DNA from: a bacterium | Lineage (GTDB): Bacteria; Patescibacteriota; Andersenbacteria; UBA10190 | Length of the DNA: 45,745 nt | NCBI GenBank assembly: GCA_043811915.1 | Contig: JBDRMS010000004.1 | Location: forward strand, 1-45,745 | Direction: 5' to 3' | Shown here: positions 18,353 to 28,413 of the stretch, one piece after another | Numbering within the stretch: position 1 is the first letter of the stretch | Layout: every line of letters starts with the position of its first letter | Notes under the pieces: model-generated | The model's input: only the letters and a program-made list of their open reading frames with translations | Told to the model about the DNA's origin: nothing | Database searches by the model: none | Program-made: the position numbers and the translations under genes

Positions 18353-19494
18353 TACATCGACAGGGGGTTGATGGGGCGGCCGTGTTTGCGAACTTCAAAG
18401 TGCAAGTGAGGGCCGGTGGAGCGTCCGGTTGAACCCACTTTGGCAATGGCATCTCCTTTGGCTACCACCTGCCCCTGACTAACATAGAACTTATCCAGGT
18501 GAGCATAATAGGTTACCAGCCCGCTACCATGATTGACGATGACGAGATTGCCATATCCACCCAGGCGACCGGTGAATTCAACTGTGCCGGCAGCGGCGGC
18601 GTAGACGGGTGGGCGGTCGCGGTTATCTATGTCGATACCGGTGTGCCCCCAACGGAAATATTGGGAGATGTGGCGAGTGGTGGTCGGCCAAATAAAGCCG
18701 GCACTCTTAATTAAAGAGGGTGGTGGTGGGGATTCGGATGCAATGCTAGTATCGGAAACTATGGGCGGAGCGGTACTAGGAGCAATATATCCATCAGGAA
18801 TAATTATTTTTTGTCCGATGGCGAGTTTGGCGTCGTCATCCAGTTTGTTATAGGTGAGGATGTCTTCCACATCGGCATCATATTTTTGAGCCAAGGCCAG
18901 GACGGTATCGCCGGAACTGACAGTATGAAAAACTCCCGTGGTGGGAAGAATGGTAAGGTGGTCGCCTATTTTGATTATGTCTTTGTCGGAGAGGCCGTTG
19001 GCCCAAAGCACGGTATTAATACTGATGTTGAACCGGGCGGCGATACTAGCGATGGTGTCGCCGTCCTGGACAGTGTAAATGCGAGGTCCGGCTGGCTGAC
19101 TGGGGGGGATAGCATCACTACCAGGCTCGGGAGCAATGGGACTTAAGGGGGCAATCACAGCATTACCACCGAGAGTGCTGGCAAAACTGACTTCGGGGTC
19201 TTCAAAAGTTATTAGTTCAATACCCAGATCAGCGTTCAAGGCAGACAGCCGCGCTCCCCCAACCCCGGGAGTGTCAGTGCCAGCGTAGGCGTTGGGGTCC
19301 AGGGGTCCTTCGGCTACTTCTTCACCGGCGATGATGTTGTATAACAAAGAGTCGTGGTCTGCAACCACGGCTTCCTGACTTTGCCAAGCTATTCCTACCA
19401 TCAAAGACAGGAAAGTAGCATGAACAATATGCTTTTTGATAAGCGGAACGCTATCGTCTCCCTGTTCGAGGGTGGATTGCGCCTTGTTAGACAC
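18349..19494 (-). CDS. LysM x2 + M23 peptidase (peptidoglycan endopeptidase)
   Basis: YTVQDGDTIASIA and HTVSSGDTVLALA LysM repeats; HTGID, YAHL, STGPHLHFEV. Confidence 0.92.
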   Translation of the reverse strand: MSNKAQSTLEQGDDSVPLIKKHIVHATFLSLMVGIAWQSQEAVVADHDSLLYNIIAGEEVAEGPLDPNAYAGTDTPGVGGARLSALNADLGIELITFEDPEVSFASTLGGNAVIAPLSPIAPEPGSDAIPPSQPAGPRIYTVQDGDTIASIAARFNISINTVLWANGLSDKDIIKIGDHLTILPTTGVFHTVSSGDTVLALAQKYDADVEDILTYNKLDDDAKLAIGQKIIIPDGYIAPSTAPPIVSDTSIASESPPPPSLIKSAGFIWPTTTRHISQYFRWGHTGIDIDNRDRPPVYAAAAGTVEFTGRLGGYGNLVIVNHGSGLVTYYAHLDKFYVSQGQVVAKGDAIAKVGSTGRSTGPHLHFEVRKHGRPINPLSMY

Positions 19495-19683
19495 CGTTTA
19501 TAAAATCCTTTCATTCAAGAGCAACTTTGTGTTTGATGTTTGTATCAAGATGGTATTGTAAAGGGGCAGGGGGTCAAGTCAACATTGACATTGCTACTAA
19601 TTTGTTTCCTTGTTTTGAGATAGGCTGGTAGAAGGGGCCATAGCATCCTGTAGACTAATTCTGTCAATTATTTGTAACAAAGT

Positions 19684-20529
19684 ATGGTGTGGAAAAACCT
19701 GACTGACATATCAACCATTAAGGCGTTGTTGGCAAAAAAAGGTGTCTGCCCCCAGCGCTCTTCCGGTCAACATTTCCTGGTGTGCGAAGAGGTGGTTGAA
19801 GCGACACTTTTGGCTTTGAGTAATGAGGTGACAGAAATTACGGAGCTGGGAGCGGGCCTGGGAACACTAACACAGGCGCTGCTGGGGGCCGGTTATAAGG
19901 TGAAGGCCGTTGAGCGAGATGCCGCCTTGAATGATTTAATCTGGTTCGGCATACCAAAAAACCTTAAGGGTAATCTTGATCTGATAAGAGGAGATTTGCG
20001 CGAGGTAAACTGGAGCTGGCAGAAGGCCTACCAGCTGGTAGGCAATATTCCATATAATTTGTCAGGTTTGATTATACGACGACTGACGTTGTTAAATCCT
20101 GCACCGGATCGGGTAGTGTTGCTGGTGCAGCGGGAGGTAGGCAAGCGTTTAACGGCGAGCGAAGGCAGCTTGTCTTTGATTGGAGTGGCAGTGCAATTGT
20201 GGGGCAGTGCAGAAAGCCTACTCAACGTGCCAGCGAGTTGTTTTTGGCCAGTGCCGCAAGTGGACTCACAACTGGTGTTATTGATTCCCAGGACTGGAGC
20301 CGGCGCGACAAGCGCAGAAAGAAGAGAGAAGGTATTGACGTTGGCCAGGCAGTTTTTTCAGACCAAACGGAAACAAATGGGAGGAAGAATGAGACAGCTG
20401 CTTGGTATAAAGACTGAAAGAGCAGAGAAAATGTTGCGGGAAGCGAATATCGAACCAATAATGCGTCCACAGGAAGTATCTATTAAAGCGTGGCTAGCTT
20501 TATCGCGCGTGGTATACTCGAAAGAGTGA
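19684..20529 (+). CDS. rsmA: 16S rRNA m6,2A dimethyltransferase
   Basis: GQHFL, ELGAGLGTLT, VGNIPYN, LVQREV, FWPVPQVDS. Confidence 0.92.
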   Translation: MVWKNLTDISTIKALLAKKGVCPQRSSGQHFLVCEEVVEATLLALSNEVTEITELGAGLGTLTQALLGAGYKVKAVERDAALNDLIWFGIPKNLKGNLDLIRGDLREVNWSWQKAYQLVGNIPYNLSGLIIRRLTLLNPAPDRVVLLVQREVGKRLTASEGSLSLIGVAVQLWGSAESLLNVPASCFWPVPQVDSQLVLLIPRTGAGATSAERREKVLTLARQFFQTKRKQMGGRMRQLLGIKTERAEKMLREANIEPIMRPQEVSIKAWLALSRVVYSKE

Positions 20530-21497
20530 TGCCAAAATCAGTTATCATAATTGTGTTCGTGGTGCTTATAATAGGTGTTGCAGCTGGCGGTGTTTTTGTG
20601 GCGCGTCAGCGTTTGGGTGGTGGAGATGCTGCACCAGCTGAGAAACAGGAACAGGAGGATCAGTTTGGAGTGTTACAACCGGCAGGTACAGACGAGCAGC
20701 GAAGATTATTGGCGGCTGATGACGATAATGACGGATTAACAAACAACGAAGAAATAAGTTGGGGGACGGACCCTAATAATGCTGATAGTGATGGCGACGG
20801 GTATCTTGATGGTGAAGAAGTGGCGGCGCGACATGACCCGACCAAACCGGCGCCGGATGATAAATTGCCAGAGGAAACACAGGCAGAAGGCGGCCAGTTG
20901 CCATTGCAGCTGGAACCGTTAAAGGCAGATAAATACTTTACCGATGATTACACCAAGGGTAACGACAAAAATCTGACGGCGCAGTACGAGTCGGAGTATG
21001 CCAGGGCGGACCAAACGCCGGCTTCTTTGAATGAGTTTGCCGACAAGCAGCCGGTAGTGGCCCTGCTGCCGCGTCCTGATAGCGGGATGACAACGACGGC
21101 GGTTGAGGACACAGCGGCGCGGTTGGAACATTATCTATCAATTGCGGATAATGACAACGCTTTGGCTAATACGACATTGTACGTAGATGCACAGTATCAA
21201 CTGCAAACAAATAATAATCCGTCAGCAATGTTGAGCCTGGTCAGTTTGGTCACGGCGTATCGGGAAGAGCTGGCGGAGGCGCAGGTGCCGGAGTCGGCCA
21301 TGGAAGTACATCGGCTGCTGCTGGGACATACGGAAGCACTGGCAATTACTTTTGAACAAATAGCACAGAGGGGGGATGACCCGGCGGGGTCGCTGGTGGC
21401 AGCGCGACAGCTGGAAGTTATAGATCGAACGTACTATCCGATAATAAAGACTGAATTTGGACGTTTGGAGGCTATTCAACAAAAGCTGGCCCAGTAA
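20529..21497 (+). CDS. Membrane-anchored protein with thrombospondin-type-3-like Ca-binding repeat and helical C-terminal domain
   Basis: N-terminal TM; DDDNDGLTNNEE..WGTDPNNADSDGDGYLDGEEV; paralog of 28414-29307; ATG overlaps the rsmA stop. Confidence 0.75.
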   Translation: MPKSVIIIVFVVLIIGVAAGGVFVARQRLGGGDAAPAEKQEQEDQFGVLQPAGTDEQRRLLAADDDNDGLTNNEEISWGTDPNNADSDGDGYLDGEEVAARHDPTKPAPDDKLPEETQAEGGQLPLQLEPLKADKYFTDDYTKGNDKNLTAQYESEYARADQTPASLNEFADKQPVVALLPRPDSGMTTTAVEDTAARLEHYLSIADNDNALANTTLYVDAQYQLQTNNNPSAMLSLVSLVTAYREELAEAQVPESAMEVHRLLLGHTEALAITFEQIAQRGDDPAGSLVAARQLEVIDRTYYPIIKTEFGRLEAIQQKLAQ

Positions 21498-21549
21498 GGC
21501 ATCCGACGTAAAAAAGTTGTAGTTTAGTGTGTTATTATGGCATTAGACA

Positions 21550-23040
21550 ATGTTTGAAGTGCCTGAAAATACTGTGGGGAAGAAAAAGCGGCGGGCGCTT
21601 GCCGTAATTTTGGTTTTGGTAGTAGCGGGATTGGCGGCAGGAGCATCAATAGTTGTGTTCTACGTTGGTGGGGGGGAAGTGGATAAACTGGGAGAATATT
21701 TTAAACAGCTGCCTTTGACAGGAGAGGGGCGACCGCAAGTAGCTGACGATCCGGGAAAAGGACAAAGCGGGTTGCCGGAAAGCGGACAGACGGGTGAAGA
21801 GGAAGAAGGGCAAATTGTTATGCCGACGCCTTCTGCGCAATATAATCTGGCGGTAACTATCCAGTATCGGCGCCAGCCTAATTTTACTTTGGAAATATCA
21901 AACCTGGAGCGCACGGTGGAAAAGGACAATATTCAGTTTTACAAGGTGGCGGAAGAAAACCCTTATTCCATATTGCAGATTCTGGATGAACAGGAGCGGG
22001 TGATAATTGAGGAAAAATTTCAGGTAGCAACCGAGGTTCTGGTAGATGGATTAGAGGGAAATACTAGTCCTATTTACGCTCTAGAGGACAGTGTAAGTCG
22101 TTTTGTTTTGACGTTGCCGCCCGATAGTAAGCCGGTGAAGGTGAGACTGATTACGCCCAGAGGCATAATATTAAATGAGCGGCTGTTTTCGTTTGATGAT
22201 TTGTCTTCAGCGGCTAAAAGCGGATTATTGAAACAGATAGCCGGCTGGCTGTCGTGGGGAAGGCAGGCGCTGGGAGCAACCGAGATATTTGATATTGTGG
22301 TGATATCTAGTGTACCGAGTACTCCTGGTTCTCCGCCACTGCCGCCTGATATGGGAACATTGAATGCGGTGGCAAACGGGGTTAGAGGAATTATGTTATC
22401 GATTGATCCCTGGAGTGTATATGCCAGCCAGGTTAACGTACAAGTGGTACCTAATGTGCAAGACCTGGGGTGTAGAATTGTTACCTTTCAGGGAAGATCT
22501 TTTCCTCTTTGTCCCAATCAGGACCAGATACAACAGGTTTTGGCCGAGCAGGGAATTGCCTGGGATGCAGTGGTGATAGTGGTAATGAATGCGCCGTGTA
22601 ATTGTGGCACTTCCACGATAGGCGGTTTAATGACGGCGGTTGGTAATCGGGCTTCCGGTGACCTGGTGGCGCATGAATTTGGTCACGGCGTGGCGGCTAT
22701 GGCGGATGAATATTATGGCGGTTTGGGAATAAGAGGGCCGGGAGGACCAAATTGCTTTGGCTCTATGGAAGATTGCCAGGGTACCCTTGGTACGTACATC
22801 AGCCCCGGGGGGATATGCACGCAGGGGTGTAATAACCCGGATACGGTGCGGCCGGCTAATTTAATGATGTGGAATAATCTTAGGTCGATGAAGTTCGGTC
22901 CGGTGGAGAGATGTCTTATGGGAAAGGCAATAGCGGCGGTGCTTAAGGAAACGTATAAAGGAGATTGCGGCAAGGAAGGCCCAAGCGACGACTCGCCAAA
23001 AGGGCCCGGAGCGGCCCCGGGTTGGTATAAGGAGTATTGA
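21550..23040 (+). CDS. Membrane-anchored Zn metalloprotease, M64 (IgA peptidase)-like
   Basis: N-terminal TM; VAHEFGHGVAAMADEY matches the M64 HEFGHxxxxLADEY pattern; Cys-rich C-terminus. Confidence 0.7.
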   Translation: MFEVPENTVGKKKRRALAVILVLVVAGLAAGASIVVFYVGGGEVDKLGEYFKQLPLTGEGRPQVADDPGKGQSGLPESGQTGEEEEGQIVMPTPSAQYNLAVTIQYRRQPNFTLEISNLERTVEKDNIQFYKVAEENPYSILQILDEQERVIIEEKFQVATEVLVDGLEGNTSPIYALEDSVSRFVLTLPPDSKPVKVRLITPRGIILNERLFSFDDLSSAAKSGLLKQIAGWLSWGRQALGATEIFDIVVISSVPSTPGSPPLPPDMGTLNAVANGVRGIMLSIDPWSVYASQVNVQVVPNVQDLGCRIVTFQGRSFPLCPNQDQIQQVLAEQGIAWDAVVIVVMNAPCNCGTSTIGGLMTAVGNRASGDLVAHEFGHGVAAMADEYYGGLGIRGPGGPNCFGSMEDCQGTLGTYISPGGICTQGCNNPDTVRPANLMMWNNLRSMKFGPVERCLMGKAIAAVLKETYKGDCGKEGPSDDSPKGPGAAPGWYKEY

Positions 23041-23050
23041 ATATAAGATT

Positions 23051-26000
23051 ATGGCATTTACCTGGTGGGGACTGGCAAATATTTTTGCGGCAGCCTTGGT
23101 AACGCCGTTTGTACAGGCGGCGCAGCCTGTGTCGTTGGCCTTGCCGCAGGACATTCAATATAAAGAGTATATTGCGGGACAACTGTATGACGCCTCTTTT
23201 TCTACAAATTTGGCGCATCTATCTGATTATATGGAGGCTGGAGTGCAACAAGACGAGACTGGGGCAGGAGTAGTTTCCGGTGGCCCTTTTCTAACGGTTT
23301 TTTTGTTAAACCAAAACACGTGCACGACAGTGGGCGAGAAACAAAACTATCGGGTGATAGTGAGAAACTATGGAGACAAGCCGGCACTTTTTCCGTCTAT
23401 ACAAAATCAATATCCAATTGGGACAAGTTTTGTGGGAGGGGACCCAGAAGCACAGCACGGCGAAGATGATCACTTAATCTGGTGGTCGGGGCAAAACCTG
23501 GCGCCAGGAGGGTACTTGTCATATACATTTTCGCTGCAAACGGAAGAAACCGCGGAGATGTATTTGAACAATCTGACGGTTTATTACTTTGACGAGCAGG
23601 GAAAGATGTACGTGGCGATGGGAGAGAAGGTGTTGTCAGGAATATGCGACGAGCAAGGAGAAGTAAAAGGCATCCAAACTTACCGCGACAATCTGCAACC
23701 GGCCATAGTGTGCGATCCGGCGGAAGAAGGATGCCGGGAAACTTACCAGGGCCTGATGCCCAGACTGGGGCCAAATTACCTGAAGACATTACAGTCGCAG
23801 CAGCGGCCGGTGGTGTGTTCGGTGCATGATAAGGAGCTGCGGCAGGGATTAGTACCGCCATGCAGTGATTTTACTCCTCAATTGGGAATGCGGTTTGCGG
23901 AAGCGGTAGCTGACGTTGTGCCGGGAGAGTGCCGAGCGTTAGAGGATAACAGGATTATAGAGCCGGATTTAAACGATGCTATGGACAGACGGAGCCGGCC
24001 GGCGGCGGCTTATATGAGACCGCTGTTTGACAACGGGCAGTATTTTAAGCAGCTGGTGCACGAGAATGTGCTGCTGGGGATTGGGCACAATGACCTGGTG
24101 CGGGAGACCTGGGGAGAGATACATGGCGACAATTGGGCAGAAATGATTGGCATAGGGCAAGAGGTATTGGGAGGAACCAAAAGTACGGCGGACGCAAAAC
24201 AGGAAATCAGTGAGAAGAAAGCAGATTGGCTGAAAAATATTAAGGACAAGCAACCGGACATGCGAGACGACTATAAGAATGTCCAGGATGAACGCAAGGG
24301 TAATTTTCCAGAGGCTATCTGTAAGCAGGAAAAGTTTGATATGTATACATGCGAAGCAGTGAAGAATGCCGAAAAATCTATTCAAATGGCTTGCCAGATA
24401 AAGAGCGACGGCGAGCTGGGACCCAAGCTGCAAAGTGTAATAAACAGGTACCATCAGGTTCTTGATATACAAGAGGAGGCATATGATCAGGTACAAAAGG
24501 ACAGTCTAGCTAATTACAGCCAGGCGATAGACGATTGGGAGAAGAATTTCCAGGATGCTTTTGCTGCTTTCGACGAAGATAACCCGACGGTGCTGCAAGA
24601 CATAATTCAGCGCGCCTGGACAGAGGAACGGCCAGTGTTGATCTATGAAATAATGGCTCCGTATGGGGACCAGGCCGGCAGAGATAAGGCGGCTGATGAT
24701 AGTATAAGAACAACTGAATTTGAGTCAGCGCTTGATTTGCCAAAGACAGTTGCGACCACTTGCGCCAAGGAAAAAATTGATATCGGAGGATGGGGGCCGC
24801 CGGTAGACCCAAAGCAGCCGCTGCTTAAATATTCGGTGGAGCTGACCTGGTGTGAAAACGGCCCTGGCTTGTACGAGTCTGTGGTAAAAGGCAGACCGGA
24901 GCCTTTCCGTGATAAACAACCATGGGATTACATCCCGCAAGTCTTTGTGGGGTTAAAGAATGAATACATAGCAGGGTCGGCCTGTTCCGGGCGGCCGGGG
25001 GATCCGTGGTGGGCAGAAGATTGTTCGTGCGACTGCAGCGAAATAGTGCCGGTTAAAGAAGGCAGTATGAAGTTTTGTAAACCAGGTGAAGGATATTACA
25101 CCGAGGGAGGGCCGCCGCCGCCAGATGGATGGGCGCCACCGGCAGATATCCCGGCTCCTTATGTTTATGTAAAGGACAAAATACTGGCTTTGATTGATAG
25201 CGTAGGAGTTACAGCGAAGATGGCGCGGGCACAAACTGATCCGCCGCCGGGGCCTGGGCCGTTGTGCCCGAACATGACTGACTGGTATGTCAGCATAGAA
25301 GATGCTGATATTTGCCGGGGAATTGACCCTCCAGGGGATCCTTCTCGAGAAAGTATAGATTCTGAATCTTGCGGGGGAAACCCTATGTGTTTGTATAGAA
25401 TAGGCATGGACATTTCGGCAGATTTGGAGGTAGCCCACGAGGGAACCGGCAAAGTATGGGTGGTAGGAGACTGGGATTGGGGAGTTGAGGTTCTTTCGTC
25501 TGATGGTGGAGGAGAAATGTGCAGCATGACAACAAAGAATACGTCACACCAGGTGGATGTTCCCGGGGGGCAGAAGGCATACCTCAAGTATCTTGCTGAA
25601 GGCAATGGTCAAGGTCATAAAGGGGCAAGCGCCACAGCCACAAAGACGTCGGAAACGGAAGTGTTCTGCATGTGCGCAGATCTGGAAGATCCATGTGATT
25701 TGCCGCCCGGCTATCAGGGTCAGCTGTTAGTGAATCCTCAATGTGACCCGCCGTTGGAAGTATCTGTCAGGGAAGTGGCGCCGGGAAAAGCGACGGAAGG
25801 CGACCCGCCGGCACAAAATCAAGTTACTTTTGAAGTGTACGTGCATGACGCGAGCGGCACTCCGGTGAGTAGCCCGGGAGAGGTGGTGGTAGAGGTTTCA
25901 ACACGAGACGGATCGGCTAAAGCCGGTACTGATTATGAACAGATAACATCCCGGCAAATTACTATCGGGAAAGGTTCGACCAGTACGACCTTCACAGTAA

Positions 26001-27154
26001 ACACGGTGTCTGACTTGCTCCCGGAGCCGGAGGAGAATTTCTATGTAGACATAAGCCGAACCTGCAAAGGGAATATTACGATTACCCAGTCTTCCGCAAC
26101 AGGAATCATTGAAGATGATGATACCTTAAATGTCGTGGTAAATGACGTGGCTGTAACGGAGGGGGATCCGGGAGATGAAGTGAAGGCAACATTTACAGCC
26201 ACGGTGTATGACAAAAACAATAATGAGGTTTACAACCACGGGGAGCTGGATGTAACCCTGATGACGCGCGATATTACTGCTATAGTTAATGCTGATTACT
26301 GGGAGAGGACAGCGACAATACATATTCCGGATGGCAATAGTAGCGGGGAATTTGCGGTAGATATAATTTCTGACGCTAAACCAGAGCGACCAAAGGATGA
26401 GTTGTTTGCAGTGGATTACTCGTGGAATGGCGGCCAGGGCACACTGGGCGGCACGGCTACGGGAATGATTACAGATGATGACCTGTTATACGTTTCAGTG
26501 TTCTATGTAGGTCCGACGACACTAGAAGGCAATGATCCAAATAATCCCCCTTTAATGGATTTCTATATTTATGTGTTTGATGAAAATGGTCATGGATTTT
26601 ATGATCACGGAGGAGTTACGGTGAACCTTTCTACTGCGGATATAACAGCAGTGCAGGGGAATGATTATGAGCCTAACAGTCAGTTCATAACTATACCGGA
26701 TGGTTCTTATAGTGATGTTTTTACGGTGAGGGTAATTTCCGATCTTGTGCCGGAGACGCCGGTGGTTGAGTCGTTTGGAGTGAACTATTATTGGGACTGG
26801 AGCAGCGGGCCGGATTCAGGATCGGGCTTAACGATTGGGGAAATTTATGATGATGATGTACCGCCGCCTCCTCCACCACCATCGCCGGTACCCAGTCCGA
26901 GTCCTTCGCCAAGTCCGAGTCCTTCACCGAGTCCTTCACCTTCTCCGAGTCCTTCGCCTTCGCCGAGTCCGAGTCCATCACCTTCTCCGAGTCCCAGTCC
27001 ATCACCGAGTCCTTCGCCAAGCCCGAGTCCTTCGCCTTCGCCTTCGCCGAGTCCGAGTCCGAGTCCGAGTCCCCGTATGATCCACGACATTTGGGTTACG
27101 TCTAAAAAAGAGTGCTTGGCTAATAACCAAAAAGAGCATCATTTAAACCCTTAG
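23051..27154 (+). CDS. Large secreted/surface protein: DUF11-like Ig domain, helical region, Cys-rich region, 3 Calx-beta domains, (SP)n linker
   Basis: Signal-like start ending VQA; three units of TEGD..F...V.T.D..A....DY...I.DDD; Pro7 then (SP)30. Confidence 0.75.
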   Translation: MAFTWWGLANIFAAALVTPFVQAAQPVSLALPQDIQYKEYIAGQLYDASFSTNLAHLSDYMEAGVQQDETGAGVVSGGPFLTVFLLNQNTCTTVGEKQNYRVIVRNYGDKPALFPSIQNQYPIGTSFVGGDPEAQHGEDDHLIWWSGQNLAPGGYLSYTFSLQTEETAEMYLNNLTVYYFDEQGKMYVAMGEKVLSGICDEQGEVKGIQTYRDNLQPAIVCDPAEEGCRETYQGLMPRLGPNYLKTLQSQQRPVVCSVHDKELRQGLVPPCSDFTPQLGMRFAEAVADVVPGECRALEDNRIIEPDLNDAMDRRSRPAAAYMRPLFDNGQYFKQLVHENVLLGIGHNDLVRETWGEIHGDNWAEMIGIGQEVLGGTKSTADAKQEISEKKADWLKNIKDKQPDMRDDYKNVQDERKGNFPEAICKQEKFDMYTCEAVKNAEKSIQMACQIKSDGELGPKLQSVINRYHQVLDIQEEAYDQVQKDSLANYSQAIDDWEKNFQDAFAAFDEDNPTVLQDIIQRAWTEERPVLIYEIMAPYGDQAGRDKAADDSIRTTEFESALDLPKTVATTCAKEKIDIGGWGPPVDPKQPLLKYSVELTWCENGPGLYESVVKGRPEPFRDKQPWDYIPQVFVGLKNEYIAGSACSGRPGDPWWAEDCSCDCSEIVPVKEGSMKFCKPGEGYYTEGGPPPPDGWAPPADIPAPYVYVKDKILALIDSVGVTAKMARAQTDPPPGPGPLCPNMTDWYVSIEDADICRGIDPPGDPSRESIDSESCGGNPMCLYRIGMDISADLEVAHEGTGKVWVVGDWDWGVEVLSSDGGGEMCSMTTKNTSHQVDVPGGQKAYLKYLAEGNGQGHKGASATATKTSETEVFCMCADLEDPCDLPPGYQGQLLVNPQCDPPLEVSVREVAPGKATEGDPPAQNQVTFEVYVHDASGTPVSSPGEVVVEVSTRDGSAKAGTDYEQITSRQITIGKGSTSTTFTVNTVSDLLPEPEENFYVDISRTCKGNITITQSSATGIIEDDDTLNVVVNDVAVTEGDPGDEVKATFTATVYDKNNNEVYNHGELDVTLMTRDITAIVNADYWERTATIHIPDGNSSGEFAVDIISDAKPERPKDELFAVDYSWNGGQGTLGGTATGMITDDDLLYVSVFYVGPTTLEGNDPNNPPLMDFYIYVFDENGHGFYDHGGVTVNLSTADITAVQGNDYEPNSQFITIPDGSYSDVFTVRVISDLVPETPVVESFGVNYYWDWSSGPDSGSGLTIGEIYDDDVPPPPPPPSPVPSPSPSPSPSPSPSPSPSPSPSPSPSPSPSPSPSPSPSPSPSPSPSPSPSPSPSPSPSPSPRMIHDIWVTSKKECLANNQKEHHLNP
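26861..27073 (+). repeat. Coding Pro/Ser-Pro repeat
   Basis: PPPPPPPSPVP then 30 Ser-Pro dyads (26894-27073) using mixed codons AGT/TCG/TCA/TCT and CCG/CCT/CCA/CCC. Confidence 0.9.
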
Positions 27155-27168
27155 GGATTTAATGTAGT

Positions 27169-27873
27169 ATGAATGATATGGATAATCCTCAAGTTGGTCA
27201 GTCAATGCCGCCAGCGGAGCAAGAGGGGCCGGTAACAAAGATAGGCGTAAAGGTTGCCGGGATAACGACGGTGGTTTTGTTGGTGTTGTTTGGCTTCTAT
27301 TGGGGAGGAAAAGAGCTATTGTTGCCTCCGGGCGGGGAGAAAAAGGAAGGAGCGGCTCCCGTTGAAGTTAAACCGAGGTGTCCGGATGATCAAGTGTATA
27401 CGGATTTGCAGAAAGCTTTACAGGGCCCTGATGACGTATGCGAGCTTGATTTAAGTGATAAAAACCTGACTACTTTGCCTTGGCAAATTGGCACTTTGAA
27501 GAATTTAAGTATTCTCAATTTAAATAATAATGACCTTACCGAGCTTACTCCTCATGTTGGCTACCTGGAAAAGTTGATAAAGATTTCTGTAAACAACAAT
27601 AAATTGACTGATATACCATTACAGGTGGGATATTTTAAGCAGGTGAGAAGTTTTGATTTACGGGGGAACATATTAACTAACATACCAGAGCAGATTGGCT
27701 GGCTAGAGGAGATGAAAGTATTCGACTTGAGAGATAATGGTTTGACGTCTTTACCACAACGCATGGATAGGTTGAGTAAGTTAGAGCGGCTGGAATTAGA
27801 AGGTAATCCGCTGCCGCAAGAAGAAATAGACAGAGTGAAGAGCGTATTGCCAGATGCGACGGTGAATTTTTAG
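27169..27873 (+). CDS. Membrane-anchored leucine-rich repeat protein
   Basis: TM anchor, YTDLQKALQGP cap, 23-aa LxxNxLTxLPxxIGxL repeats, GNPLP...LP.A.VNF C-cap. Confidence 0.88.
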   Translation: MNDMDNPQVGQSMPPAEQEGPVTKIGVKVAGITTVVLLVLFGFYWGGKELLLPPGGEKKEGAAPVEVKPRCPDDQVYTDLQKALQGPDDVCELDLSDKNLTTLPWQIGTLKNLSILNLNNNDLTELTPHVGYLEKLIKISVNNNKLTDIPLQVGYFKQVRSFDLRGNILTNIPEQIGWLEEMKVFDLRDNGLTSLPQRMDRLSKLERLELEGNPLPQEEIDRVKSVLPDATVNF

Positions 27874-27874
27874 C

Positions 27875-28366
27875 ATGGTGGTGAGAAACGGCTTGCTATT
27901 GCGGATGGGGGTTATAGTTGTTGCGGCTCTTTTGTTGTTATTTGGTTTGTACTGGAGCGGGCGGAGCTTGTTGCCTCCCAAGCCTGGCGAGGAAGAACCC
28001 CCGGAGCCAGTCGTGTGTGATAATATGTATAAAGATATTCGGGAAGTAGTGGATAACAGAGAAACGGCGTGTGGACTGGATGTGAGCGGGCAGGCCCTTT
28101 TGTACTTAACAAAGGCGGTTTCTTTGGCTAAAGGTTTAATGTTGTTGAATGCCAGTAATAGTAATTTAATAGAGCTACCTGACTGGATCGGGACGATGAC
28201 GGAGCTTAGACAAATTGATGTGAGTGATAATAAATTAACATCTTTGCCGGAAGAGTTGGGCTTTTTAGTTAATTTAAAAGTGCTGGATTTGCGGGGGAAT
28301 CCTTTGCCGGTGGAGGAAGTGGAAAAGATAAGGAAATTGCTGCCAAAGGCGGACGTGAAGTTTTAG
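27875..28366 (+). CDS. Membrane-anchored leucine-rich repeat protein (shorter paralog)
   Basis: Same anchor, LRR units and GNPLP..EE...LLPKADVKF end as the upstream gene. Confidence 0.85.
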   Translation: MVVRNGLLLRMGVIVVAALLLLFGLYWSGRSLLPPKPGEEEPPEPVVCDNMYKDIREVVDNRETACGLDVSGQALLYLTKAVSLAKGLMLLNASNSNLIELPDWIGTMTELRQIDVSDNKLTSLPEELGFLVNLKVLDLRGNPLPVEEVEKIRKLLPKADVKF

Positions 28367-28413
28367 CGGGAATACCATATAATGGGAGTACTATTTATAG
28401 GTAGGCTTCCTTC

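Noticed and set aside
26721-27090. Gly-Leu/Gly-Glu, Arg-Val and Asp-Ser repeat ORFs
   Set aside because: Alternative-frame shadows of the (SP)30 coding repeat
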